Numbered from the stretch's first letter, positions 13,293-28,267 are shown. The stretch is 64,000 nt of DNA from Eledone cirrhosa (GCA_964016885.1 OZ024741.1:383098001-383162000), one strand, 5' to 3'. Made by a program: numbers and translations. The notes: generated from the letters alone by a model not told the origin.

Positions 13293-13529
13293 ATAGACAT
13301 ATAAACAAGCAGATAGATAGGTACATTATTAATTCAGCAACAACCACATGGTAAATAGAGCAACATATTAAAAATTGGCTGATGGTCCGCGAATCATGGG
13401 AGATTTAATCTAATCTAGTAATTAAAATACAGTGATAAGAATCACGGGATATGAAAAATTCAATATCACCATGCTCTACAACAGTTGACTATACTGATTG
13501 CGATAACTAAAGGCATTTTCTCGCCAGGA

Positions 13530-14050
13530 AATTGCAGGAAACATAACTTACTAGACGACAAAATATCATAGAGGGTAACCACACTACCTGAGTCACAGAG
13601 CAATATTTGTCCAGGAAGCTATATTTTTGCCAACAACATTTCTAAGGTAAATGTCAAGAGCAAACCAGTCCTGTTCATCGATTTACATAAATCATTCGAC
13701 ATTGTAAACTGGTATATGTTTTGAGACGTTATGACGAAGGGGGATATATAAGAAAACCGGTGAGTTGGCCACACTTCTACACGAAGGAACAGGCTGAAAC
13801 ACCACCGAGAAACACGGTGTGAAACGTATCCCAGATTAAAAGAGCGCCACATCCTCATGTCCAGACTATTTGTTATTTGTGTACGTGCAGTCTCAGTGAA
13901 GCTTTCAAACATCCCTGCGTCAGCCTGAGCAGTATCTACCGCATTGACAGCGAGAAAGTGAATAATAAATGACTGAAGGATTTGATGAAATGGCATTAAA
14001 ATCAGATTGCGAGATTTGCCCTATATCGTTGGCTATGTAGTCGTCACGTG
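13530..14050 (+). pseudogene. Degenerate RTE (BovB-like) RT fragment
   Basis: LPESQ, LFIDLHKSFDIVN and YRID motifs with stops. Confidence 0.6.
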
Positions 14051-14096
14051 AAAGGTTCATAAACACTGGTACCAAATTATACTAAGCTAACGTCAG

Positions 14097-14952
14097 CTAA
14101 AATCCTAGTCATTTAGAACATTTAGGGTGCATACATAATTGTTGTTAGTGTCATAGGCATCAAGTGGAGAGTCAGGAGTTAAAAAGATGTTCTGCTTGAA
14201 AGAACACAATTACAGGCAGCATTGTTTGAAAGTGTAATAAGTATAAGTAAAAAGTACAAGCAAAAAAATGGAATTTACATTTAACAAACAACGACCTATT
14301 GGCTATAAATGACTCACAATAATCCCATGGTTAATAGTTGTGAGTAACAAACAACATACACATATACATACGAACTACAACATAAAAACACCTCAATGAA
14401 AATCACATATCCAACTCTAACAAGTGCTTTGCATTACACCTTACATAACAAATACCTACATTGTCACCACATGCCTCTCTAACAAATTGCACACTATTTC
14501 AAACATGTATAATAATTATAACATGTATTATCACCCAACACAAAATATGTTTATTTCAACTGCATTATAACTCTTTCCTCATACATGCCTTATTGACTGT
14601 ATTGACTCCTGCATTGTACACCAATTTTGCTTGATTATAACTTTTTAGCCTGTGTTTTTTTTTTGCTTGTGATTTCTTTGCTTGTACTTTTTACTTATAC
14701 CTATTACACTTTCAACCAGTGCTGCCTGTAATTATGTTCTTTCAAGCAGAACATCTTTTTAACTCCCGACTCTCCACATGATGCGTATGACACTAACAAC
14801 AACTATGTACCCTAAATGTTCTAAATGACTAGGATTTTAGTAATATGTTTCGACATTCCTTATGCTCCGATGATACCAGACCTCCCTCTGGAAGAAACAA
14901 TTGTCATCAAGTAAATGTTCTAAAATAAAATGTTGTCGTTTTAACGCTTTGT
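14097..14952. mobile_element. Foldback pLTR-like element with a degenerate hammerhead
   Basis: 14097-14268 inverted against 14670-14841; downstream tgct CCGATGA ta ccaga cctccc tctgg aa GAAA caattg TC at 14861-14910. Confidence 0.65.
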
Positions 14953-14974
14953 ATATATATATACATATATATAA

Positions 14975-15135
14975 AACGAAGGAAATTTGGTAAGGAACCA
15001 GATGGACCGTAACGCACCAAAGTACTCAATACTTAGGGTAGTAGAGTGGGTAATAGGAACAAGTATGACCCCGACGGCAGAGCTCAAGCCGTTTCGAGAG
15101 CTTGAGCTCTGCCGTCGGGGTCATACTTCTTCCTA
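14975..15135. mobile_element. Family H foldback mini-element
   Basis: Tail plus hairpin centred near 15095, (TA)n flanks. Confidence 0.85.
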
Positions 15136-15180
15136 TATATATATTCTATATATATATAAGTATAGGTATATAAGTATAGG

Positions 15181-15244
<64 letters not shown>

Positions 15245-15295
15245 ACGATATATATATATATATATATATATAGGTATATAAGTATAGGTATATAA

Positions 15296-15352
<57 letters not shown>

Positions 15353-15356
15353 TATA

Positions 15357-16170
<814 letters not shown>

Positions 16171-16183
16171 TATATGTATATAA

Positions 16184-16245
<62 letters not shown>

Positions 16246-16367
16246 TACACCTGACGAAGGATTCTCTCTCCTTTCATCTTTTCTCCTCTTGTTCCGTCCT
16301 AGCCACCATCCTAAACCTTGTTTTTCGCAACCACAAAGCTCCTTTCGTATATGTATATATATATATA

Positions 16368-16443
<76 letters not shown>

Positions 16444-16465
16444 TATTATATTATATTTTATATAT

Positions 16466-17392
<927 letters not shown>

Positions 17393-17417
17393 TATATATA
17401 TATACATATATACATAC

Positions 17418-17475
17418 TCCAGAAATAGCCGTCGAAACGGCTTGAGCTCTGCCGTCGGGGTCAAACATTTTCCTA
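17418..17475 (+). mobile_element. Family H single short arm
   Basis: tccagaaatagccgtcgaaacggcttgagctctgccgtcggggtc...ttcctat. Confidence 0.8.
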
Positions 17476-17496
17476 TATATATAGTAATAATAATAA

Positions 17497-17530
<34 letters not shown>

Positions 17531-17620
17531 TATATGTTATATATCATATATATATATATCTTATTATATATATATCTTATTATATATATATATGTGTGTG
17601 TGTGTATATATATATATATA

Positions 17621-17653
<33 letters not shown>

Positions 17654-17799
17654 GTGTGTGCGTGTCTGTGTGTGTGTGTGCATGTGTGTGTGAATATACA
17701 AAAGGTAAACAGAAATAACAAAGTAAACGACACAATACAATGAAATATATCAGTTAAACGTTTGATATATTAGGAATGATAATAATATTTTATTATGAC

Positions 17800-18160
17800 T
17801 GACCTTGCCTACTTCAAACCAGTGCTTCTCCTGTTGAAAGATCGAGACTCCGATATTATGGGCATATGCTTGGACTGTCTCAGCATGGGATTGTTGGATG
17901 GATTTTGCGGGAAAAATCAGTCGGCGGGAGTCACAGGTGCAGACTCCGAGCAGGATTGTTGGATAAAATCCATAAGCTTGGCTGGTCCATGTGGGGATCC
18001 AGCCGGATCACTTGAATACGGTTACTTCTGAGAGGACACACTGGAACGGTTGTTTAAGGACTCTGCTCTCACAATACTCGGGAAGAAGAAGAAGAAGAAG
18101 AAGAAGAAGAAGAAGAAGAAGAAGAAGAAGAAGAAGAAGAAGAAGAAGAAGAAGAAGAAG
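17800..18160 (+). mobile_element. RTE-clade LINE 3' end with (GAA)n tail
   Basis: Frame ERSRLRYYGHM...ILRE...LLDKIHKLGWS resembles an RTE C-terminus, then (gaa)n. Confidence 0.65.
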
Positions 18161-18347
18161 ACCCTGGGACTTCTCGCTTTGTGACTTTGATGTTTCTTCT
18201 GGGTGCTTATGTATTTCTTTTATATATATGTATATATATATATAAATGAAAAGTATAGAAATTGTTGTAGTGAGAAGCAAACAGTATTCCATAACATATA
18301 TGTGACTATAGCGTCAAAATGGGAAAATAGTTAACATAAGATATGGG

Positions 18348-18378
<31 letters not shown>

Positions 18379-19033
18379 TTTATGAAACGAAAGGAGCTGT
18401 GTGGTTACTAAAAACAAGGTTTAGGATGGTGGTTAGGACGGAACAGGAGGAGAAAGGAAGAAAGGAGTTTCCATCGTCAGCTGTAAATGTTTCCCGTACC
18501 AATGTTTCGGTGCTGAATTACAGGACATCGGTGTAGTTCGGGTGCGCCCGAGGCCTTTTATTAATCAAAAGGCCAGGTGGAAAAGGAGAAAGAGAGAAAA
18601 AAGGGGGAGAAAAAGGGAGAGAGAAAAGGAAAGAGAGGGAAAGGAGGAAGAACAGGGGAGGCGGGTGAGGAGAGAGGAAGGAAGGGAAAAATAAGAAAGA
18701 AATTGGAGAAAAAAGTGTACAGATCCCATCGTGGGAAGACACAGGTGAAAGAAACGTGGAAGAAAGTAACCGTGGAAAAATAGGGAAAGTAAGTTGTGGC
18801 TAGCCTGGTAGATTTTAGCCTAGTGGTCAGCTACGACTCAGAGCTGGTATAATCGTGCTGCCTCTCACATAGACAGGAGAAAGTGAGAGAGACACGGGCA
18901 ACCAAAAGTGAGGAGAAGGGAAAGGGAGATAATCCAGAATGTTTTTTTACAACGATGGAGAGAGAGAGAGAGGGGTAGAACACTGGCGGGTAATATCCGT
19001 AGTGGTAGCGCACTCAGTCCATGGGACGACTCT

Positions 19034-19073
19034 CCGAGCTGAAGATCCGCTAATGTAAAACAATTGTTCCCGG
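19034..19073 (+). ncRNA. Degenerate hammerhead
   Basis: ccgag CTGAAGA tccgctaatgt AAAA caattg TT cccgg. Confidence 0.45.
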
Positions 19074-19159
19074 TATGGTGAACTAACTGTTGTGTTAATC
19101 CCTATATATATATACAAAAATCATTTTTTAGACCAAGGCTACAGGACTCACGACACCCG

Positions 19160-21430
19160 GTGGCACAAACCGATTTTGAAAAACCGAAAATAATTAACAT
19201 TTCAAATACAAACCTCTCAGCCCAACAAGTTAATATTCTCTCCAAAGGTCTGAAATTCACACCAACACCACAATACCCTAACCCCAACGAGATAAATGAC
19301 GATATCTCACACTTCTGTAGAAAATTACGTCTCACAGAGGAATTCTTTGACAAGGAGAATAACGACGAATCAATTGTACGGAATAAAAGCAGCTACAACC
19401 CAACAAAAGGTAGAAGCAGAGTTCTGGACAAATTTTGTGACCACATAGCTACCTTCCCATACCATGAACTACCGCAACCTAAACCCAAACCCAACACAAG
19501 TCGAAGGGAATGGGAGATTATCCATGAACTAAAAAACAATACGGACAATATAATTAAGGAAGCGGACAAGGGAAGTACTGTTGTCATTATGGAGGCTGAA
19601 AAATATAAACATTCTATGTTCTCTCTCTTACAAAATACTAATTACTACGAAAGAGTAAAAAACTACCAGCAATCAAAAACAATGACCAATTTAAACACAC
19701 TGATTTATCGATACCAGGAAGACCTAACTAAAAAGGAACGCGATTATTTAACAAATTTTGAATACAAAACCAGCAACCTTTACGGACTTCCGAAGATCCA
19801 CAAGTGTAAAATAATCAACGATGCCTGTAAACAATCCACCTCAGCCTGCGTGAACAGACAATACCCCACAGACCTTAAATTAAGACCAATTGTAGCGGGC
19901 CCACAATGTGAAACACACAGATTGAGCAACTTTATAGACATACTACTGAAACCAATACTGAAACACATACCAAGCCTTGTAAGAGACGATCTGGACCTCT
20001 TAAACCACCTCCCCAAACATGTCAACAACGACACTATTATTGTGTCTTTCGATGTAGTGAATCTCTACACAACGATCCCACACCAATACGGACTAGAAGC
20101 AATAGGATTCTGGCTAGAGAAATATCCCAATGAGATACCTGACAGAATAGAAAAAAGCTTCATCACCGAGGGATTAAAATTTATCCTACAGAACAACTTT
20201 TTTGATTTCGATAGCAATACATACAAGCAAATATCGAGGACTGCGATGGGTACAAAAGCCGCTCCAACTTATGCCAACTTAGTCATGACATACTTAGAAG
20301 TCCAGATATATGAACAGTCCAAATCAAAATACGGATTGAACTTCCACAAATATTTATCAGAGAATTGGAAACGCTACTTGGATGATTGCCTCATTCTTTG
20401 GTCCCACACACTCGACCAACTGAAGGATTTCAAAAACTTAATAAACGGCATCAATAACCACATCCAATTCACAATGGTATACAGCCAAGATCCACTCCCA
20501 TTTCTGGACATCTTAATCTTAAAAAAAGACACAAATATCGAAACTGACATACACTACGAACCAACAGATTCCAAACAATATCTGCTATTCACCTCCAACC
20601 ATCCAAAGCACACGAAGACGAACATTCCTTTTAACCTAGCAAGAAGAATTTGCACAATTGTCTCCAATTATGAAACGCGAAATAAAAGACTTCAAGAATT
20701 AAAGGAAATTCTACCCGGGAGAGAGTACCCACTATTACTAATAAATAATGGAATAGAAAGGGCTAAAGCAATAGGCATTGATGAATTACGGAAACAGAAA
20801 CAAATTCAAGGTACGTCCAATATTCTATCATATATCTCAACTCACAACCCAAGAAATGCGGAAGCTTACAACACTATTCACAAGAACATCCCACTACTAA
20901 AACAAAACCCAAGAATGAAAAAAGCCCTTGAAACACACAAAATAATCAAAAGCAAAAGACAGCCAAAATCACTGAAAACATTACTCACCAATGCCAAATT
21001 ACCTACCACAAACCCACAACCAAGTATCAAAAAATGTGGTCGCTCTAATTGTGGAACCTGCACTCACCTCTTTGAAGGCAACACGTATACATTTAAATCA
21101 GGACAAAATTTTGCTGTAAAAAATCACTTCACTTGCTCATCAAAAAATCTACTTTATGCCATTAAATGTAAAGTATGCAATGAAGATTATATAGGACAAA
21201 CTAAACTCACACTCAGAAACAGAATGACAGTTCATCGCCAACAATTACGAGATTCAACCACGAGACAGATACCACTAAGTGCACATCTAGACATTTGCGC
21301 AAGTAATAAGACACCCAAATTCCAAGTCTTGCCATTTTACCTTTGCGCTAACAATACAACAGAACAAATGCGAATAAATAAGGAAAATATGTTTATTCAA
21401 AAATATAGACCAACATTAAATAAGGTTTAA
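19160..21430 (+). CDS. Neptune-type PLE polyprotein (RT, Cys-rich linker, GIY-YIG endonuclease), 756 aa uninterrupted
   Basis: LSKGLKF, YGLPKIHK, RPIV, FDVVNLYT, TAMGT.AAP.YANL, RYLDD, PFLD, CG..C..C, LYAIKC..C...YIGQT...RNR...HR. Confidence 0.93.
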   Translation: MAQTDFEKPKIINISNTNLSAQQVNILSKGLKFTPTPQYPNPNEINDDISHFCRKLRLTEEFFDKENNDESIVRNKSSYNPTKGRSRVLDKFCDHIATFPYHELPQPKPKPNTSRREWEIIHELKNNTDNIIKEADKGSTVVIMEAEKYKHSMFSLLQNTNYYERVKNYQQSKTMTNLNTLIYRYQEDLTKKERDYLTNFEYKTSNLYGLPKIHKCKIINDACKQSTSACVNRQYPTDLKLRPIVAGPQCETHRLSNFIDILLKPILKHIPSLVRDDLDLLNHLPKHVNNDTIIVSFDVVNLYTTIPHQYGLEAIGFWLEKYPNEIPDRIEKSFITEGLKFILQNNFFDFDSNTYKQISRTAMGTKAAPTYANLVMTYLEVQIYEQSKSKYGLNFHKYLSENWKRYLDDCLILWSHTLDQLKDFKNLINGINNHIQFTMVYSQDPLPFLDILILKKDTNIETDIHYEPTDSKQYLLFTSNHPKHTKTNIPFNLARRICTIVSNYETRNKRLQELKEILPGREYPLLLINNGIERAKAIGIDELRKQKQIQGTSNILSYISTHNPRNAEAYNTIHKNIPLLKQNPRMKKALETHKIIKSKRQPKSLKTLLTNAKLPTTNPQPSIKKCGRSNCGTCTHLFEGNTYTFKSGQNFAVKNHFTCSSKNLLYAIKCKVCNEDYIGQTKLTLRNRMTVHRQQLRDSTTRQIPLSAHLDICASNKTPKFQVLPFYLCANNTTEQMRINKENMFIQKYRPTLNKV

Positions 21431-21898
21431 TATACATTATGTCAACACCATAATATGACATACACACACACACATAACACCTTCTACTTTAGAAAATAAA
21501 AACCCGAACTAAATAAACCTTAACATACGTTTGCACTGACAATACAACAGCAAACACGAATAAGGAAAATATGTTCATTCAAAAATATTCCTACTAAAAT
21601 AATCACTTTCCTACACACACACATACACACACACACAATATATATATATATTCTCTTCATCTTAACATGCTAACCATACTCCCACACACATAACACCCAT
21701 ACACACGCATAACAACCCCCACACCTAAAACTCCCTCCCCATTTCTACTAATAGAACCACTTTCCTAAAAAAATATATATATACACACACACAAAATATT
21801 AACATCTTAACATACTCGCACACACACACACATAACACCCATATACACACACACACAACTCCCTCCCCCATCTCTACTAATAGAATCATCTTCCAATA

Positions 21899-21945
<47 letters not shown>

Positions 21946-22456
21946 ACACACAAGCACACAAATAAACATACATATCTTCACTTCAATAGAAAATCTGAAC
22001 TCTGACACCCCAGCGAACTAACCATATTCACTGAACCAGAACAATTCTCCCAATCCCTTTTCACTTGACCACTAACTTTCCATTGTCTTAACATTCACTG
22101 TAAAGACTACAGAATAGTTTTCCAAATAAGGGCGCAAAAATGTAATGAAAACTTGTTCACGTGACAGCCAAATTTCATTTATAACCAACCAAAAAAAAGC
22201 CTCCGTGAGCCTCCTTTTTTCAAGTAAAAAGAAATTCAAACACTCATATATGAAAAAACAACCTGTGACAACCCCCCTCTTATTTGAAGAACTATTGTAA
22301 CGCGAACTGGCGCGAAATTTATTATAATTATTGACAAACCAATCAAATTACTTCTCGAAAAACCTGGCATTTCGAGCCACTTTTTTCATATAAAACAAGT
22401 AACATTCAGAGACCAACCAGATGGGAGAAAAACCACAGACCCTCCATCTCAACTCA

Positions 22457-22494
22457 CCTTTTGAAAAGCAGAAGAACTGCGAAAACGGTAAAGG
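22457..22494 (+). ncRNA. Minimal hammerhead, U3:A8 variant (loop III point change)
   Basis: cctt TTGAAAA gcag aagaa ctgc GAAA acgg TA aagg. Confidence 0.72.
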
Positions 22495-22719
22495 AACCAA
22501 ATAAATATATATATTTAAAAAAAAAATAAGACTCCAGTTGCATTTTCGATTTTATCTCTTTTTCTTTATACTTTCACTCGTGTAGGACACCTCGGTTATT
22601 TTTCATTTTGTAAAAAAAACCTCACTTTCTAATATATATATATATATATATACATATATATACATATATATATATACATATATTTATATATATATATGTG
22701 TATATGTATATATATGTAT

Positions 22720-23406
22720 ATGGAAGAGAAAGAAACGAAATTTCATTTCTCACTCTTAGTACGGCACTTAATTAAATGTAAGTATGTATGTATGTATACG
22801 TACATACATATATGTATACAGACGTATAGTAGTATGTATATATATACATACATGTACACATATATATATATATATGCACGTATCGGTTTACCGAACACTT
22901 ATTATAATGCTCGGTTTGTTTGTTTGTAAACAAACAAACACCCCGAATTACGCCGTACAGTGTTTAGGCAACCACGTCACCTTTTTTTCAACACTGATAC
23001 AGGAACGATGAACTAGTTTCAAGCCTATCAGCTATCGTCAATATCGTATACCTTCCTGCCAGATGGTTGAACGTCTGAAAGTATATACTTTCCCTATGCA
23101 TATTGACGGCTGAGCAGCCTAATTTGCATATCGAGTAAGTTCAGTCGGCTGGGCACACTGAAAACGATAAATGGAATAGAATGAAACGAAATTTCATTTC
23201 TCACTCTTAGTACGGCACTTACTTAAATGTATGTAAGTATGTATGTATACGTACATACATATATGTATACAGACGTACAGTAGTATGTATATATATACAT
23301 ACATGCACACACATATATATGCACGTATCGGTTTACCGAACACTTATTATAATGCTCGGTTTATTTGTTTGTAAACAAACAAACAGCCCGAATTACGCCG
23401 TACAGT

Positions 23407-23410
<4 letters not shown>
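22720..23410 (-). mobile_element. Family K non-coding ~450-bp unit, about 1.5 tandem copies (retrozyme-like)
   Basis: gaaacgaaatttcatttctcac recurs at 22732 and 23183; degenerate HHR at 23005-23047 (minus). Confidence 0.8.
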
Positions 23411-23502
<92 letters not shown>

Positions 23503-23514
23503 CTGTGTGTGTAT

Positions 23515-24053
23515 GTGAAGAGGCGGATTTTCAGGTCCTTACGAATGTCCGACTTCCACACTGATCTCAAGCTGTGGCACGCTGCCCAGGCTTTGGTCTT
23601 CCTCTCAACCCCACCATCTTCCTTATTGCTGTAGTGGAGTCTGTGCTGCTACACGGGTCTGAGACTTGGACACTGACCAAGAAACTCATTCAGATGGTGG
23701 ATGGGTGTTACACGAGAATGCTGAGGATGGTTCTGAACATTAATCAGTATACACTGAAGATGGGAAACTCAGAGCTGTATGGGATCCTCCCAAAAGTTAG
23801 CTCAAAAGTGACACAGAAGAGATTGAGATTCGTTGGACATGCTCACCGACATCCAGAGTTGACAATGAACTCAGTGCTCCTGTGGGAGCCCCTACATGGA
23901 CAGACTGGAAGAGGAAGACCAAGGTTAACGTATGTTGATGCCCTAAGGACAGACACTGATCTGTTGGAGACGCAGGCCATGGCAGCGATAATGAGGGACA
24001 GAGACTGCTGGAGAGAACTCGTCCATGGATCTCGGGAATTTTACCCTCCCTAG
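23515..24053 (+). mobile_element. RTE-clade LINE 3' fragment with a 5' inversion
   Basis: LLHGSETWTLT...RLRFVGH...RGRPRLTYVD; 23515-23622 is the reverse complement of the upstream part seen at 28765-28860. Confidence 0.85.
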
Positions 24054-24183
24054 AAACAAAATATATATATATAATTATATATTCGTGTACATATATTTTT
24101 GAATACACAATAACAAAATATAAACAAACGTATTTATTTCACGAGGCTCGATAAGGATAAATATATATCAACCCTAGAGCAAA

Positions 24184-24212
24184 TCCGAGCAACGCCGGGC
24201 CATACTGCTAGT
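24184..24212 (+). mobile_element. Helitron-like 3' terminus
   Basis: ccgagcaacgccggg hairpin followed by catactgCTAG|t. Confidence 0.5.
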
Positions 24213-24227
24213 ATATATATATAATAT

Positions 24228-24336
24228 AGAAAAGGTTTCTACAGAACTAGAACGGTTTCATTCGGGAGGAATTTTCAGGAAGCCCTGATGATTTCTTCTG
24301 AATAAAACAATTCTATTCTTGTACAAATCATTTCTA
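24228..24336. mobile_element. Old foldback with two degenerate hammerheads
   Basis: Minus: CTGAAAA ttc ctccc gaa t GAAA ccgt TC; plus: CTGATGA tttc ttct gaat AAAA caat TC; arms imperfectly complementary. Confidence 0.5.
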
Positions 24337-24444
24337 TGTTAAATATTTATACTCTATGTATTGAGTAATTTACTTACTGTGGTTACCTACGATTGAACTC
24401 GGGATAAACTTATATATATATATATATATATATTTATACACACA

Positions 24445-24475
<31 letters not shown>

Positions 24476-24973
24476 GTGTGCGTGTTTTGGGGGTCTCCGC
24501 CTGTGTGTACATGCGCGTGTTTTGGGGTCTCAGCCCGTGTGTACATGCGCATGCGTCTGTGAAAATATCTTATATTATATCACATGCAAGAAACCATACG
24601 AAGAACTCGTTTTAACTAAACAATATATCTTCGCAATAAATTCTTTGAAATGTGCTGGTTACGGGCATTCCCATATGTTTCAACCTGAACAATAAACACG
24701 CGACAGTAAACTGAATTTCAAAGTGAATCTAGTCAATATTTTGATTAATGTTCAGAAACATATATTCTAAGTCTCTATTCCATCTAAACAACAAATATAT
24801 ATTGACTTCAGGATGTAAGATAACATGTTCTAATCCGGCTTTTCTTCAATACCGAGTTTAATCGAAGAAATGCACGCTTCAGCCAACAAGAAACATGTCT
24901 TTAAGTTTAATACAAGTTTTAATATTTTATAATATGCCTTTCTCGTACACACACACGCAGACACACACACAAT

Positions 24974-25005
<32 letters not shown>

Positions 25006-25049
25006 GACACATACACATACACACACATATATATATAAATATATATATA

Positions 25050-25130
<81 letters not shown>

Positions 25131-27989
25131 TTTGTGTGTGTGTGTGTGTGCCTCTAAACATTTCACTATTTCGTAAATTCAGACGAAACTTGCCAAGTCT
25201 CCAAATGCTATAAAGCATAGTCTGATTGACAAAGCAATATAAACAAAGTGTCATTTTAAATGCAATGAAGTTTACTTTGTTTTCTATTATTTTAATAGAT
25301 TATACTGATTAAGAATAATTGTTTCCGAACCCAGAAGCGTATTTTCTTCATTTTTATAGCTCTAATTTCTTTGCAACTTTCTACATTACAGGCGGCATTC
25401 AGAATCAAATTAGAATAATGCTTGATATGTCAATTTCTCTATACTATTTCCTCATCACTCATCGTAAGAATAAGAATTGATCAAAATGACATCGACTGCA
25501 ATTTTGTTTATTTCTGTAATCATTTAAAAACTAGGTATGTAATCAAAGTAAAAAGACTGTAGCAAAGATATTAGTTCATGAAATTATGAGACAGCTTCTA
25601 CGATGTCACTTGACATGCTATTTTTAATAGCCCATTCTTCATCAAATCAAAACTTTAGATTAGTAGTGTTTGAAATGTAGGCAGATTGAAAACAGTGTTA
25701 ACCACCTTCATCGTATCTTTTTATTCAGGACTAACCTTAAATATTATCTCAATTCAATTCAAATATAAAAACGTAATATTAACATTATTCAATGTTGTAG
25801 TTTGTCAGTCTACATTATGCACAATTACAACTTATATGACTACCACCTTTTCAAAGTCAATAAATATTCTTTATGTAATTCTATCTCCAATAATGGTACA
25901 TTTTATTCATCTGATTCAGTTTTAAAAGTTCAGCTTCTAACTGCTCTTACGTTTTACATATAAAAAATAAAAGCCATTTATGCATATATTTTCTGAAGTG
26001 GCAAAATGTTTTGCGGTACTTAGCTACGACTTCCAACATTCTATGATTTGTTTTCCATCGAGATTAACTTTGCTTTCAATAGTTCTGGGGTCGATAGGTG
26101 ATTTTATCTACTTTTCGTTTCCCTCAATCTGCTAGCCTTGTATCTAGATTAGAAACCATATATACATTTTTATAATCTATATTATGTAGATATAACCATC
26201 AACACATTATTTAGATACAATCTGCATGTTATAAGTTCCTCATTTTGTTAAAAGGAGAACTAGTCCGGTTATTTTATTGTCTTATTGATGTTCCCAGGTA
26301 ACTTGTTGCTGGAATAAATGAGAAAATAAATTACAGTATTTTGAGAAGATTTTAGATTAAATAGCAATTTCTCGCACAGATCAAATGTTATAAATTTGTA
26401 GCAGTAATCTATTATTGATTACATGGGAACTAGTACAGATGTATTAAATCTGAGGCTATAATAGATCGATTTGACAGAGACAACCTGGTTGAATTAACCT
26501 AAATCAGGTACAGCTTTCTGTACCTTATGACATCATCCATTTCGCGGCCTTAGAATATTATATATAATACTTATTACATTTACACAAGACCACAGACACT
26601 TGTGCATTAAGGATAGAATCAAAATAAATGATCCTTTAGTAAATTACTGGTTTGGGATTCATTCCAAACCCTCCTATAACGAGTTCAATCCTAGATAAAT
26701 TAGATTCCAATATCATTTGAAGTAAGAACCAAGGAACTGAACCCATTTATCATGACGTCCACTATAAATGTTCAGCCAATCCACTCACTATTTGATTTTG
26801 TTTTAAATAATATTTAGTAATAATGTTCTATTGCAATCGCTAGTTTAGTATGTATATTATATACTTCTCAAGGGAGTGAGTGATGAATGATAAATCTTTC
26901 TTAACTTTTGTCACTTGATCGACTTGGTGAGATATTTACAACATCATTAAGAGGGACACAATTCTTAGATATTATAGATACATGTTTACCATACGATTCC
27001 ATATATTACTTAAAGTTCATTGGTTATTTTGTTTTAGTCAATAGTTGATTTTAAGAAAACAAAAAAGTACATTTTGTTCGAAATAAAATTTCTATCTCTG
27101 GTTTTTAGAATTCCACAAGGAGATGAACATTTCTCGAAATACGGTTAATAACTTATTGTACTTCCCTGCTTTATTTTAGTCTCACTATTCAAAATCTAAA
27201 ACAAAGATAATTACTTCTCTTTGTTGCGTTTTCCAAGATTTCCTAGAAATAATTGCAATCCAAATGCACTTCTTTTTTTATATAATATACGTTTTATTCT
27301 TTCTAAAGAAAACAAAGAGCGTATAAAGATTTTCTTTCTTACTATGAATCTAACACATAACAGGTTAAGATGAATTCGAATTCATTTTATATCCCTTCCA
27401 TTTCTTTTATGCTGACACATTTACAATTATTGTTTTTCTAAATATCTCTAATATTTCAAATAAAGCTTACAGAACTGAAATTGTTTTGTAGCTGATCTTC
27501 TAGTGGCAATATACATTGGAGACACACAATCATCAATATGCACTGTCTACGTAACACTCTATCATTGCATATCTTTTTTTATGAGCCAGGTTTATATTTT
27601 CGAAAATATATTCCGAATCTCTTGTGGAATATGTGAGTAATGACATGTAACTTGAGTGTTCAACTTTCTGACATTTATTTCAAAGTAAGGTACTTTCTAC
27701 TATATTATTTCTCGTTAATTTTGCCCCTTTTTCAGCTCAGTGTCAGTCTTTCATTTTGCTTGTATACATATATGTTAAATTTGTTAATCCGTCGGACGAA
27801 ACTTTTTGTGTTATCTATCCTAAACAATGTAGTATGAGATCTCGGCCAACTACATTTCACCGAAAAAAATTGAAGCATCTACCTGGAACTTCGACCGACA
27901 ATGGAATGTCCAATGGAAACAGTTCCACCCTCTCTCTCTCTCTCGCTCTCTCCCCCCCCCCCCTCTCTCTCTCTCTCTCTTTCTCTCTC

Positions 27990-28028
<39 letters not shown>

Positions 28029-28267
28029 TATGGTCAAGGGTTGTTGAAAAGTCACTGAAGTAAAGTAGTTGATGTTCAATATTTCATTTATTAGTAATTC
28101 TGACACGTGTTTCGATACAACATATCTTTGTCCTGTGAAATCTGAATTGTTGCACAATATAAAGCCAGAGAATATCTTAGTAGCAGCCCTTTAGAGAAGC
28201 CAAAGTTCCCTCCACATACACATAGACATATAAATATATATATATATATATATAGATGTATATCTAT

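Larger units (their letters stand above)
19113..22632 (+). mobile_element. Penelope-like element family 2 (Neptune-type), near full-length, with 3' pLTR and tail
   Basis: ORF followed by a CA-rich 3' region, HHR at 22457 and tail ending cactttctaata at (TA)n. Confidence 0.92.

Noticed and set aside
17795-18031. Possible host exon (78-aa ORF; AG|GTCAGT donor on minus)
   Set aside because: Another frame matches an RTE C-terminus followed by a (GAA)n tail
24700-27900. Host exons in the low-repeat stretches (also 33730-39300)
   Set aside because: No ORF or splice pattern I can support; only decayed SINE traces near 26050 and 34450-35060
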